27,458 nt of DNA from a virus. Taxonomy: Duplodnaviria > Caudoviricetes. Under the pieces are notes generated by a model. It searched no databases. It was not told the DNA's origin and worked only from the letters and a program-made list of their open reading frames with translations. Positions 6,504-14,665 of this stretch are shown here, piece after piece; within the stretch, counting starts at the first letter, position 1, and the number at the start of each line of letters is the position of its first letter. A program made the position numbers and the translations under genes. The stretch lies in the IMG/VR virus record IMGVR_UViG_3300025398_000077, positions 1 to 27,458 of that record. One strand, written 5' to 3'.

Positions 6504-6592
6504 AGTTCACCTTTCAAGGTAAATTCGGCTGCCTGTAGCCACTCAAGGTCGTCCTCGCCCGCCCGCATTGTGTCACGTTGTAATTTATTCAT
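6500..6592 (-). CDS. tiny hypothetical ORF (30 aa)
   Basis: ATGA overlaps at both ends. Confidence 0.4.
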   Translation of the reverse strand: MNKLQRDTMRAGEDDLEWLQAAEFTLKGEL

Positions 6593-6726
6593 TTTTCGCC
6601 TTTTGAGCCTGACGGGCTATCTAGGGCTTCACCCGTCAGAGTGGACGTTAGTATTTCATTACGGTGATTAACTCCGATGAATCCCCTAAATCCACTTTGT
6701 AAAGTTTTAAATTTTACTTGCGTCAT
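6589..6726 (-). CDS. tiny hypothetical ORF (45 aa), AT-rich
   Basis: ATGA overlaps at both ends. Confidence 0.4.
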   Translation of the reverse strand: MTQVKFKTLQSGFRGFIGVNHRNEILTSTLTGEALDSPSGSKGEK

Positions 6727-7250
6727 AATTTCATTTTGCACTTCACGCAATAGAGGCAGTCCATCACCACAGGAGGCAAGTTTAGGTAGTAAAAAGAAGT
6801 TTCAATAGTTTTTGTTTCATTGTGGTCGCAACTAGGTAATAGTTTCTCTCCGCACTTGGGGCAGTAGGTGAAGGCAAAGTCAGTCTGGCCGTGTTCGATA
6901 ACATCCCAGCCTTCGGGCAACGTCATTAGTCCGATGATGTGGGTGCACTCAACTTTAGTTTTTAGGTCGTTAGGCTTTAGTTCTTCGGTAGCGTCCAGTA
7001 CCTTGATTACGTCGCAGGGGAACATTACGAGGTCGCCGGCGATGTCACCGCAGAACGTGCAGTGCCAGAACCATTCGCTGTATTTGTGGATTCCATCTTC
7101 AGAGGCTCCGCACTTTACCTGAGCCCCTTCTCTGAGGGAGGCCAGCAGAACTTCGCTATGGGGCCACTCGCACTTGATGCAGTAGGGCTCAAGGCCGTCC
7201 TCGTCTCTACGGTGCTTCTCTCGTAGGGCTTGGCGTTCTTCTTTAGTCAT
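6723..7250 (-). CDS. REKH/PCDVIKVL family paralogue 2 with additional Zn-ribbon modules
   Basis: MTKEERQALREKH..CIKC..CTFC..FPCDVIKVLDA..CPKCG..CVKC. Confidence 0.75.
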   Translation of the reverse strand: MTKEERQALREKHRRDEDGLEPYCIKCEWPHSEVLLASLREGAQVKCGASEDGIHKYSEWFWHCTFCGDIAGDLVMFPCDVIKVLDATEELKPNDLKTKVECTHIIGLMTLPEGWDVIEHGQTDFAFTYCPKCGEKLLPSCDHNETKTIETSFYYLNLPPVVMDCLYCVKCKMKL

Positions 7251-7560
7251 CGTTTCCACCTGCCCAATTATCCGATTCGGCGTCGGCAACAGAACCCTTG
7301 AAACCATCATCGTATCCACGTTCGTAATTTATCGCCGCCTGAAAGTTTGCTTCTTTCAGTGCATCCAGCACCTTGATTACGTCGCAGGGGTAATCGGCTG
7401 GGTAGCCACCGTCTTTGGTGCAGAAACCGCAATAGTCGCCAAGATAGGTGTGCTTCTCTCGTAGGACTTTACGTTCTTCGGGGGTCATTGTGGCTGAACG
7501 TTCACTAGCGCCTTCTGTGGTCGAGCGGTCACTTGTGTTGTTTTCGTATCGGTTTGTCAC
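7243..7560 (-). CDS. REKH/PCDVIKVL family paralogue 3 (start GTG 7560 or ATG 7488)
   Basis: MTPEERKVLREKH..CGFC..YPCDVIKVLDA. Confidence 0.7.
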   Translation of the reverse strand: MTNRYENNTSDRSTTEGASERSATMTPEERKVLREKHTYLGDYCGFCTKDGGYPADYPCDVIKVLDALKEANFQAAINYERGYDDGFKGSVADAESDNWAGGNDD

Positions 7561-7694
7561 GAGTGCGCCCAGAAACCGTAGGTGCAGACCCCGAACAAGA
7601 ACGCCCAGCAACCGAGAGCCAGGGCGTAGGCGAAGCAGTAGGAGCCGTACTGCCGGTGCTTCTCTCGTAGTTCTTGGCGCTGTTCCGGTGTCAC
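7557..7694 (-). CDS. REKH family paralogue 4, N-terminus fused to a hydrophobic tail (45 aa)
   Basis: Manual translation MTPEQRQELREKHRQYGSYCFAYALALGCWAFLFGVCTYGFWAHS; GTGA overlaps. Confidence 0.6.
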   Translation of the reverse strand: MTPEQRQELREKHRQYGSYCFAYALALGCWAFLFGVCTYGFWAHS

Positions 7695-7873
7695 TTGCAC
7701 TCCTTGCCACAGCCGAGGCAGGTCACGGTGTCGCCGTTGCCGTCAATGAGATCAGCGTCGGCATCACGGAACCAGCCAAACAGTTTCGCCCAGCACTCGG
7801 GGCAGAAGATTTGCCAGACACCGTGGGTGAACAGACCGTAGGCGATGGGCTTGGTCGTGGGCTTGCTCATCAT
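7691..7873 (-). CDS. small Zn-ribbon protein
   Basis: CPEC...CLGC motifs; coupled to neighbours. Confidence 0.7.
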   Translation of the reverse strand: MMSKPTTKPIAYGLFTHGVWQIFCPECWAKLFGWFRDADADLIDGNGDTVTCLGCGKECK

Positions 7874-8184
7874 GCACCTGCCTTCTTCAGGTCGGCGAGG
7901 TCAAAGTCCTTCTGCTCTTGGCTCACGTCGAGCGTTCGGCTGTTGATGCGGATGCCGGTGAAGGAAATGCTCTCGGTAAAGCCGATGTTCTCACCTGCGA
8001 GGGCCATCTTGACCTTCATGGCTTCCTTGTCGGCGCTCATGACGTAGACGTTGCCGTCTTCACGAATCTCGGCGGTTGCCGTGCGGAACTTTGCGATGAC
8101 TGCCTGCGCCTCCTGGAGCGATACCCCAACCCGTTCCGGCTGCAGGTAGATGTGTCCGTTGCGCTTGTACCAAGTTGCTTCCAT
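7870..8184 (-). CDS. hypothetical protein
   Basis: Strong GAGGAGG RBS; first gene after a promoter. Confidence 0.8.
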   Translation of the reverse strand: MEATWYKRNGHIYLQPERVGVSLQEAQAVIAKFRTATAEIREDGNVYVMSADKEAMKVKMALAGENIGFTESISFTGIRINSRTLDVSQEQKDFDLADLKKAGA

Positions 8185-8223
8185 GTGTCCTCCTCAGAAC
8201 TTCGGCGCTTTGCCGATACCTAG

Positions 8224-8253
8224 AGCGTACTGTCCGAGCGTAGGACAAGTCAA
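8224..8253 (-). promoter_or_regulatory. sigma70-type promoter TTGACT-N18-TACGCT with a palindromic operator in the spacer
   Basis: Spacer TGTCCTACGCTCGGACAG; near-identical copy at 14921-14938. Confidence 0.75.
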
Positions 8254-8284
8254 GCATTTTTTTAAAGTTTTTTGCGCCTTGCAA

Positions 8285-8734
8285 TTACTGGGCTTTTGCC
8301 CGTCGAGTGGCGTGGTAGCAGGCGGTGCACATCCCTGAGCGGATCCGGTCGGCTGGCGTGTTCTCCACGATGCGCCCACAGGTCTTGCACTCAGAGAGTT
8401 CGGCCTTCTTCGCTCGCTCCTTGCCGGTCTGCACGAAGCGCACGAGGTCATCGACCTTCAGCGCCATGCGAGCCATCTCGTCAAGCAGGCGTGAGATGTC
8501 GCGCACGGAATCGAAGATGGGGTCGGCAATGTCGGCCTCGCTCATCTTGCGAACGACTGCCGAGAGGGTCGGGTCGGAGTGCGTTCCCCTCGCCCTGGGG
8601 CCGGAAGGGGTAGCGTCCTTCTCGGCCCTCGTGCCAGCTCGTCGGCAGAGGTCAAGCATCACGCCGTCGGTCAGTCGGCTTAGAGACTTCTCGATGATGC
8701 GGCGGTCACGGATGAGGCGGTCGGCGTTCTTCAT
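8285..8734 (-). CDS. hypothetical protein with C-terminal Zn finger
   Basis: CKTC...CTACY; RBS GGGGAG. Confidence 0.75.
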   Translation of the reverse strand: MKNADRLIRDRRIIEKSLSRLTDGVMLDLCRRAGTRAEKDATPSGPRARGTHSDPTLSAVVRKMSEADIADPIFDSVRDISRLLDEMARMALKVDDLVRFVQTGKERAKKAELSECKTCGRIVENTPADRIRSGMCTACYHATRRAKAQ

Positions 8735-8793
8735 TTGTCTCCCCAGAGGTAGAGGGCAAGCCCGACGGCAAGAATAATAAAGACCAGTATCAC
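8731..8793 (-). CDS. 20-aa single-TM peptide
   Basis: MILVFIILAVGLALYLWGDK; GTGA/ATGA overlaps exactly fill the gap. Confidence 0.55.
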   Translation of the reverse strand: MILVFIILAVGLALYLWGDK

Positions 8794-9125
8794 TTCGTCC
8801 TCCGTACTAGTTCGACGATTCTATCGAAGTCGCTGGGCTTCCAGATGTAGACCTCGGCGCAGGGTATCTGCTGTAGATCCGCGAGCACTTCGTCCTGGGC
8901 CGGCGAGGTGCGACCCTTCTCACGCTTGAGCTCGGCGAAGATGAGCCGAGTGCCACGCCAGGCAGTGATGTCGGGGTAGCCAGCGAGCGAGACACGTCGA
9001 CTGTCCGGCACGGAGTAGACCGACCAGCCCTCAAGCCGCATGAGGTGAGCGACCTGCTCATGAAAGTCCTTCTCTAGCATCGAGTTCTTCCACGCCGCTT
9101 TGCCGAACAGGGGGTCAGTTGCCAT
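8790..9125 (-). CDS. VRR-NUC domain nuclease
   Basis: EKDF..QV, GYPDI, FAELKREKGRTSPAQ. Confidence 0.85.
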   Translation of the reverse strand: MATDPLFGKAAWKNSMLEKDFHEQVAHLMRLEGWSVYSVPDSRRVSLAGYPDITAWRGTRLIFAELKREKGRTSPAQDEVLADLQQIPCAEVYIWKPSDFDRIVELVRRTK

Positions 9126-9309
9126 CCGTGCCCTCCTCGGGGAATTGGTTACGGCTGAGCCACTGGTCGATGATGAACTCGATGCCGGCCTCTTTCGCTC
9201 GGGCCTTCATGCGCTTCTTCTCCTTGCGCGAGTGGCGCTGACTGCTCACGATGCTGAGGTCGTAGATTCCCCACTTGCCGAGGTGAATCCGTCTATCCCT
9301 GGTAGCCAT
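9115..9309 (-). CDS. hypothetical basic protein
   Basis: ATG 9309 with AGGGAG RBS, within ORF 9115..9468. Confidence 0.6.
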   Translation of the reverse strand: MATRDRRIHLGKWGIYDLSIVSSQRHSRKEKKRMKARAKEAGIEFIIDQWLSRNQFPEEGTDGN

Positions 9310-9640
9310 ACATCTCCCTTGCTCGTTGTGCTGCGATGAGGTCTGCCGACGTTGCCCATGAGTGGACGGTGAAGCCGTGCTCTTGAGCAAAGGCTGGGTG
9401 TCCGGTGATGAACGTGTGGCAGTTGCGACAGAGGGCGAGGACGTTCTCCTCGTCAAGGATGGAGCCACCTCGGGCTCGGGTCAGTATCTCATGCACGTCA
9501 GAAGCGTAGTGTGAGCAGATGCGCTCGATGCGAGCCTCGCACTCGGGGCGCTGTTCGAGAATCTGGTGGACGAACATCCGGCGCTTCACGTTGAGGGCTT
9601 GGCGTTTCTTTGAGACGGGGTTCAGTTTAGATCTCTTCAT
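9293..9640 (-). CDS. HNH endonuclease
   Basis: CE....C...DVHE...RARGG....NVLALCRNCH. Confidence 0.85.
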   Translation of the reverse strand: MKRSKLNPVSKKRQALNVKRRMFVHQILEQRPECEARIERICSHYASDVHEILTRARGGSILDEENVLALCRNCHTFITGHPAFAQEHGFTVHSWATSADLIAAQRAREMYGYQG

Positions 9641-10028
9641 TGCCCTCCTCGTCCGGTAATTCAGGTTCGTCGAGCTCAAACTTCTCGTCAGGGAACCAGT
9701 TGCCCTCAGGCCACTTGCCGTTTGCTTCGAAATAGCGGATAGTCCACGCGAGGCACTTGTTGCAGAAGTGCGGATGCGCTCCCCAGTAGGCCTCGGTGCG
9801 AGTAAGACACCAGCGCTCGCAGCCGTCGCAGATGCCAGGGAGCCAGTGCGCCGCTTGCTCGTAGTGGGCGACTATCCAGCCAATCGTCTCGGGGCTGTCG
9901 GTTCCCATGATGGCGAGGCGCTGGCCCATCGGGTTTGCGTTGATGGAGATGCCATGCTCGAAGCAGTACGACATGAGCAGAAGGAAGTTGTCTGGCTCCT
10001 GGGGGTTGTCTGCCGAGGGAATCTTCAC
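9627..10028 (-). CDS. hypothetical protein
   Basis: 133-aa ORF with CDGC/CNKC motifs in an operon context. Confidence 0.7.
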   Translation of the reverse strand: MKIPSADNPQEPDNFLLLMSYCFEHGISINANPMGQRLAIMGTDSPETIGWIVAHYEQAAHWLPGICDGCERWCLTRTEAYWGAHPHFCNKCLAWTIRYFEANGKWPEGNWFPDEKFELDEPELPDEEGNEEI

Positions 10029-10037
10029 GTCTTGAGA

Positions 10038-10700
10038 CTACACCAGCGCCGGAACTCCTGCCTCCCCATCATCGTCTCCTTTGTCAGGGTCGAAGGCATC
10101 GCCTAGCCCGAGCCGGAAGATTTCACGGTTCTTGCGCTTGACCTCCTCAAGGTCTGGGGCTTCGCCGGCCTCGAGCTCCGGCGTTCCGGCCTTTGCCTTC
10201 TCGAGAGCCTGCTTCCTTTCGGTGTCGAGAGCGACGGCGGCGTTCACTCCCTCAAGCATCGTCTGCTGGATTTCCCGAACGTAACGGCCCTCGGAGATTT
10301 TGTAAGCCTTACGGAACTCGATGGCCCAGAAGTCGGCGTCCTTGTTGCACAGGTTTCGCCAGCCGATTCCTTCGATGGCTTTAGCGATGGCAGGGTGCGT
10401 CCACTTCGGCTCGTTGTCTCGGCCCCATGAGTTGATGCCCTGTTGCACCTCTCGGAGTGCTTCGTTCTCGTCCGGCATAGGGCCGGTAAGGATTTCGGCG
10501 CAGACTGCCAGGAACTGAGCCGAGTTCGGGAGTTCCGTCATCGTTGCCTTGCACTTACGAGCTGCTGAGACAACGAGGTCGTAGTCGAGGTTCTTCAGCG
10601 TGTCGTGCCACGCGTTCACGATTGCGTCTTGCGGCACTCGGTTGTTAGATCCCATCAAGTGCCCTACGACCTTGAGCGTTTGTTCTGGTGTCATTACCAT
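10038..10700 (-). CDS. putative replicative helicase loader/inhibitor
   Basis: Directly downstream of the initiator; N-terminal MT..Q....W...L..LDY......P pattern typical of phage loader proteins. Confidence 0.6.
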   Translation of the reverse strand: MVMTPEQTLKVVGHLMGSNNRVPQDAIVNAWHDTLKNLDYDLVVSAARKCKATMTELPNSAQFLAVCAEILTGPMPDENEALREVQQGINSWGRDNEPKWTHPAIAKAIEGIGWRNLCNKDADFWAIEFRKAYKISEGRYVREIQQTMLEGVNAAVALDTERKQALEKAKAGTPELEAGEAPDLEEVKRKNREIFRLGLGDAFDPDKGDDDGEAGVPALV

Positions 10701-11458
10701 TGGTAGTCCTCCTCAGCGTTCTTCGCCCAATCGCGAAGTTTGGTTAGTTTGTCGTTCTTGAATCGTGATTTCAGGGTGGGATAGTGCTTCTTGAAAGTGA
10801 GCGGCGTGAGAATCACAGCGAGCCAGAACGAATCTTGCATCGCCCACTCGAGGATGTCGGTCAGTTCCTCGAGGTCGTTGCTTCGCAGCATCGCCTGGAA
10901 ACCGTTGACTTGGGCCTTCGTCACCTTGAAGTTAGGAAGGCCGTTGTCGTTGAGACGAGACTGGAACAGGTCGATGAGACCGAGCACCTCCGCGCTCGCC
11001 AACGGCGACGCAGAAGTTAACTGTTGTTCCTTAGTTGTCTCTCCTTCATTGATACTCCTTCTTGTTAGTGCATTTTTGCCCTGACCATAGTGCAAATCTG
11101 CACTATCCCTTAGTGCATAATTGCCCTGACCATAGTGCACGGTTGCACCCATCTCAGCGCTCTTAGGCCAGATGTAGTATTCCGAAGAAGTGTAGGAACC
11201 GTCCTGCCTTTTTTGGCGAATTGCTAGGACTGCGCCGACCCTAATGAGCTCGTTGATGGCTCGCTTCACGGTGTCCGCAGACACGCCAACTGTCTTGCCG
11301 ATGGTCTTGTGTGAGGGCCACGCCGCTTCGTTCGCTCCGACAAATCGGTCGATAACTCCGAATATCCGAACGGCGGTTGTGCTCAGTTCAGGGTGGTAAA
11401 GAATCCACTCAGGGATGACCGCAAAGCGGTGATTTCGTTTTGATAGACTCGCTTGCAC
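10694..11458 (-). CDS. replication initiator with N-terminal winged HTH (start GTG 11458; ORF extends to 11542)
   Basis: FAVIPEWIL, AWPSHKTIG...S.DTVKRAINEL...G; AGGAG RBS before 11458; internal iterons. Confidence 0.8.
   Translation of the reverse strand: MQASLSKRNHRFAVIPEWILYHPELSTTAVRIFGVIDRFVGANEAAWPSHKTIGKTVGVSADTVKRAINELIRVGAVLAIRQKRQDGSYTSSEYYIWPKSAEMGATVHYGQGNYALRDSADLHYGQGKNALTRRSINEGETTKEQQLTSASPLASAEVLGLIDLFQSRLNDNGLPNFKVTKAQVNGFQAMLRSNDLEELTDILEWAMQDSFWLAVILTPLTFKKHYPTLKSRFKNDKLTKLRDWAKNAEEDYQW
11066..11149. repeat. four iterons (AGTGCA-N4-TGCMCY), putative replication origin
   Basis: Copies start at 11067, 11089, 11112 and 11134 (22-23 bp period) inside the initiator gene. Confidence 0.75.
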
Positions 11459-11541
11459 GAGTGACTCCTGTCCGCTAGGTGTTGCTCGAGAGGGGCGTAG
11501 GGGGTGACTACCCTGCGCCTCTCGCTCTTTTAATGATACCA

Positions 11542-12120
11542 CTACTTCTCCCCCTTCCGGCGGCGCTCACGGGCCGCGTTCCATGCGTCCGAGTGCGCTT
11601 TGCGACAGGCTACACAACGAACCTTGTGACCGGCCTTAGATCCGCCCAGGAGCGCTGCCTGACGTGCAAGCAACTGGTAGCCGTAGTCCGTGCCGCAACT
11701 CGGGTGAAAGCCCTCGGGGTCGTAGGAGATGAGCTTCGCCACGCGCCGCTCGTAGGTGGCGTGGGCTCGCTCGCAGTCCTCGCAATAGAACTCCATCTCT
11801 AGGCTGTAGAGGTAGCCCTGCTCGCTTCCGCAGTACGGGTGCCTGATGCGCTCCTCGACATCTCGACGCTCTCGGGCGATGGTGATGTGGCGCTCCTTGC
11901 GGATCTGTCGAAGTTCAGAGGCCGTCGCTCCGCCCCAGATGCCATAGACCTCGTTCTCTAGGCCCATCTGAAGGCAGGGCTCTTGGTAGGGGCACTCCTG
12001 GCACAGTAACTTCGCCTGCGCCTCTAGGAGCATCCTGATGCCCTTCTCCGTGCCTTCTGGTGGGTAGAACACCTGCGTCTTGCCTCGGCAGAGAGGGTTG
12101 GGGAACTTGTGAACCTTCAT
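11542..12120 (-). CDS. whiB: WhiB family regulator with two C-terminal CG(T/S)..GY...CxxC modules
   Basis: C...FYP...CQECP....C....GIWGG. Confidence 0.88.
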   Translation of the reverse strand: MKVHKFPNPLCRGKTQVFYPPEGTEKGIRMLLEAQAKLLCQECPYQEPCLQMGLENEVYGIWGGATASELRQIRKERHITIARERRDVEERIRHPYCGSEQGYLYSLEMEFYCEDCERAHATYERRVAKLISYDPEGFHPSCGTDYGYQLLARQAALLGGSKAGHKVRCVACRKAHSDAWNAARERRRKGEK

Positions 12121-12503
12121 GAGGCCATCGTCCGTTCGCGCTTGAAGTTGTAGTCGTAGTGCGCCAGCAGGCACTTCTTGCAGGCTGGGATGGTCGGGTC
12201 TATCTTGCGTCGACGGTGAAGCCAGACGTAGCCCTTGTTCGTGCCACAGCCTCGGTGAGGTTCCTGCACGATGACCTCGGGGCGCTCGACGGTGATGCCT
12301 CGCTCTTTGCGTATCTCGACCCTCTGCTCGGGCGTAGTGCCTCCCCAGATGCCAAACTCCTCGTGCTTGAGGCCTCGCTCTAGGCAGGCGGTTTGCAACG
12401 TGCAGTTCTTGCACAGTGCTAGGGCTCGACGGCGGAACTTGGACTGCGTGGAGTAGAAGATGCGAACGTCCACGCCGTAGCAGGCGTTCACTCCGTAATC
12501 CAT
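12117..12503 (-). CDS. whiB: WhiB family regulator with one C-terminal CGT..GY...CxxC module
   Basis: AC....FY...CKNC....C...GIWGGTTPEQR. Confidence 0.88.
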   Translation of the reverse strand: MDYGVNACYGVDVRIFYSTQSKFRRRALALCKNCTLQTACLERGLKHEEFGIWGGTTPEQRVEIRKERGITVERPEVIVQEPHRGCGTNKGYVWLHRRRKIDPTIPACKKCLLAHYDYNFKRERTMAS

Positions 12504-12679
12504 GCGAGCAGGGTTGCCATAGCGACGGCGGCGAGGCATCCAGCGCCGATGCACCAGAGAGGGTTGGCGGTGGTCGTGAAGCCGTGGGTCTTCGCCGCCT
12601 CGGTCAGCCAGCCGGTCACGATGCCGGTGACGTAGGTGAGAGCGATGCCGCCCTTACGGTCGATGGGTAATTTAGTCAT
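12488..12679 (-). CDS. small membrane protein
   Basis: ATG 12679 with GAGGAGG RBS; two hydrophobic stretches. Confidence 0.7.
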   Translation of the reverse strand: MTKLPIDRKGGIALTYVTGIVTGWLTEAAKTHGFTTTANPLWCIGAGCLAAVAMATLLAWITE

Positions 12680-12716
12680 TTTGTCCTCCTCAGAACTGTG
12701 CAACGTGCACGGCTTC

Positions 12717-12746
12717 ACCCTACTCGCTCGGATCCACGTTGCGCAA
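12717..12746 (-). promoter_or_regulatory. putative promoter TTGCGC-N18-TAGGGT
   Basis: Lies between a terminator and a strong RBS; same geometry as the 8224 and 14915 promoters. Confidence 0.5.
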
Positions 12747-12755
12747 GGATTTTTA

Positions 12756-12791
12756 GAAACGAGAAACCGGCCCCCGAAGGAGCCGGTCTCG
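12756..12791 (-). terminator. intrinsic terminator
   Basis: ACCGGCTCC-TTCG-GGGGCCGGT hairpin then TTCTCGTTTCT on the - strand. Confidence 0.75.
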
Positions 12792-12850
12792 CAGGTTGCC
12801 AGGTGTGGAAGAACACCCGTGGGGCTTCCTTGTTTCGTGGGGGACACGAC

Positions 12851-13123
12851 TTAGGGGAGCAGCAGGCCCTTCTTCTCCGCAGCTCGACGCTGAGCACGGT
12901 TCGGGCGCTGGCTGGCTTCGATTTGGGCGATGAGGCCCTGAATCTGTAGGTGGGCGTGGAGCAGGGCGTACTGCAGCAGGTTGTGCTGGCTCAGGTCTTT
13001 GACCTTGCCGCCCTTCGTGCCTCCGTAGACCGTCTCTGCGTCTGCTGGGGTGAGTTCAATGTCGCCGTAGTTCTCAATGAGCCCTGCGAGAATCGCCTTC
13101 ACGCCTTCCGAGGTGGTCGCCAT
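12851..13123 (-). CDS. hypothetical protein
   Basis: TAATG coupling to ssb; C-terminal NRAQRRA motif. Confidence 0.75.
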   Translation of the reverse strand: MATTSEGVKAILAGLIENYGDIELTPADAETVYGGTKGGKVKDLSQHNLLQYALLHAHLQIQGLIAQIEASQRPNRAQRRAAEKKGLLLP

Positions 13124-13524
13124 TACCACGCCTCCTCTGCGGTGCTCTTGACGGCGTAGGAGTTGGCAGGGGTGGAGCGGTTGGTCTGCGCCGTCGCCCA
13201 GCGCAGGTCGGGGCCACACGCTTCGACCTTCACCTCGGTCACACTGCGCTTGTTGCCGTCCTTGTCATCGTAGGAGCGCTGTTCGAGCGTTCCCGTGACG
13301 ATGGCGCGGTCGCCCTTGCGGAGACTGTTCTGGATGTTCTCGGCAATCGTGCCCAGCGCCGAGCAGTCGAAGAACGAGGTCTGCTCCTGGGGCTCGCCTC
13401 GCTTGTCCTTCCACTTGCGCGTTACTGCGATGCTGAACTTCGCCGCCGCCGTTCCTGAATCAAGGAAGCGGATCTCTGGGTCTCGGGTGATGTTCCCGAC
13501 GAGTGTGATGGTGGCATCAGCCAT
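13123..13524 (-). CDS. ssb: single-stranded DNA-binding protein
   Basis: ITLVGNITRDPEIRF, FSIAV, TSFFDC, KGDRAIVTG.LEQRSY. Confidence 0.93.
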   Translation of the reverse strand: MADATITLVGNITRDPEIRFLDSGTAAAKFSIAVTRKWKDKRGEPQEQTSFFDCSALGTIAENIQNSLRKGDRAIVTGTLEQRSYDDKDGNKRSVTEVKVEACGPDLRWATAQTNRSTPANSYAVKSTAEEAW

Positions 13525-14078
13525 TAGTTTGTCTCCTCTTTGTTGAGTTCGTTGATAATTGCACTGCACTCTTCCTCGGTGAGCTCGTACAGCCCAGCGA
13601 GTGACCGCCCAGCCTTCGCTTCGAGGTAGAACTTACGGTCGGCGGTGTCGGGGTGGCTCTTGAGAAGCAACTCGCGCACCTTCTTCTGGCTGTCGCTAAG
13701 GGGGTTTGCCGCCGGACGCTCAGCGACCTGCTGGCGGTTGCGCACTTCCTCGCTGGATGCGATGCCCTTCTTCGTGTCGACGGCGAGGGCTGCGACCATC
13801 GCTCGACCCCATGCGGCGGTCTCAGCGTTCTGGACTTCGCTGTCTCGGGTGTACGGGGTCGGCCCAGGTACGGGCTCCCACGCCGTGCCGATGCCTGGAC
13901 GCTCATCGTCGGGAGTGCGGTACGCCGCAGCCGTGTAGACCACCCACGACTTGTTGGCAAAGTCGATGAACTTGATGTCCACCTGCTGAAGCGATCCGTT
14001 CGGGAACTTCTCGCGGAACTCGACGATGCGCGTGGCTACGTCGATGTAGTCCAGTGGGCCCTTGAAGTCCTTAGCCAT
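13524..14078 (-). CDS. putative ssDNA-annealing/recombination protein (Rad52/Sak-like)
   Basis: YIDVATRI..FREKFPNG and NAETAAWGRA motifs; adjacent to ssb. Confidence 0.6.
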   Translation of the reverse strand: MAKDFKGPLDYIDVATRIVEFREKFPNGSLQQVDIKFIDFANKSWVVYTAAAYRTPDDERPGIGTAWEPVPGPTPYTRDSEVQNAETAAWGRAMVAALAVDTKKGIASSEEVRNRQQVAERPAANPLSDSQKKVRELLLKSHPDTADRKFYLEAKAGRSLAGLYELTEEECSAIINELNKEETN

Positions 14079-14251
14079 TACGCCACCGCCTCGAACTTGA
14101 AGTCCACGTTGTCGCGAACATAGTCGGTCAGTTCGTCAATGCTCTCAACACGGTCAGCCCAGTCGAGCTGCTTGCAGGCAGTCTTGGCCTGCGATAGCGA
14201 CGTGATAAGCAGCGCGTACTGCTTAGCGTCGAGTTCTAATACCAACTTCAT
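14078..14251 (-). CDS. hypothetical protein (57 aa)
   Basis: Manual translation MKLVLELDAKQYALL...; GAGGAGG RBS; coupled at both ends. Confidence 0.7.
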   Translation of the reverse strand: MKLVLELDAKQYALLITSLSQAKTACKQLDWADRVESIDELTDYVRDNVDFKFEAVA

Positions 14252-14433
14252 TTTCCCTCCTCAGGGTTAGTGGCCCACAAGTGAACCGATGATTTTGAGA
14301 CCGATACGCCGGTCTCGTTCGTGAGGCTTTGCGCTATCTCTCGATAGGACAGTCCTCGCGACTTTTCTGCTGCGATGAAGGCTACTACAGGTTCGCCCAA
14401 TCGCTCCTCAATTAGAACCGATAGGTGTGACAT
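14248..14433 (-). CDS. small HTH DNA-binding protein
   Basis: GLSYREIAQSL....GVSVSKSSVHLW. Confidence 0.75.
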   Translation of the reverse strand: MSHLSVLIEERLGEPVVAFIAAEKSRGLSYREIAQSLTNETGVSVSKSSVHLWATNPEEGK

Positions 14434-14665
14434 TAGACCACTTCCCCAGCAGATCCGTGAGCTCGTCGCAGACGGAGTTGAAGTGCACCACGGTTGTCTT
14501 GACTTCGCTGTCCAGGGGCATCTTGACCGCCTGAATCACGCCGTCGCCGACTGCGAGTTGGACGTAGGCGTTGTAGTCGTTGCCCTCGATGCACCAGACC
14601 TCTGCATCTTCGTCGGTGTCTACGACCCTGAAGCCGTACTGTGTAAGTGTGTCTCGGATGCTCAT
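14408..14665 (-). CDS. hypothetical protein
   Basis: ATGA-coupled ORF. Confidence 0.7.
   Translation of the reverse strand: MSIRDTLTQYGFRVVDTDEDAEVWCIEGNDYNAYVQLAVGDGVIQAVKMPLDSEVKTTVVHFNSVCDELTDLLGKWSNVTPIGSN

Noticed and set aside
6318-7694. Diversity-generating retroelement TR/VR pair
   Set aside because: Repeats are short (26-41 bp), differences are not adenine-specific substitutions across a ~100-bp template, and no reverse transcriptase is in the window.
11544-11555. 12-nt identity (ACTTCTCCCCCT) with candidate sRNA 3987-3998, suggesting targeting of the initiator RBS
   Set aside because: The initiator more likely starts at 11458 with its own AGGAG RBS, and a TGGTATCAT extended -10 lies at ~11533-11541. 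The match would then lie upstream of that transcript and may be chance.
12121-12414. N-terminal extension of the 290-aa ORF 11542..12414
   Set aside because: It overlaps the upstream WhiB in another frame; the ATGA-coupled start at 12120 gives a normal WhiB.
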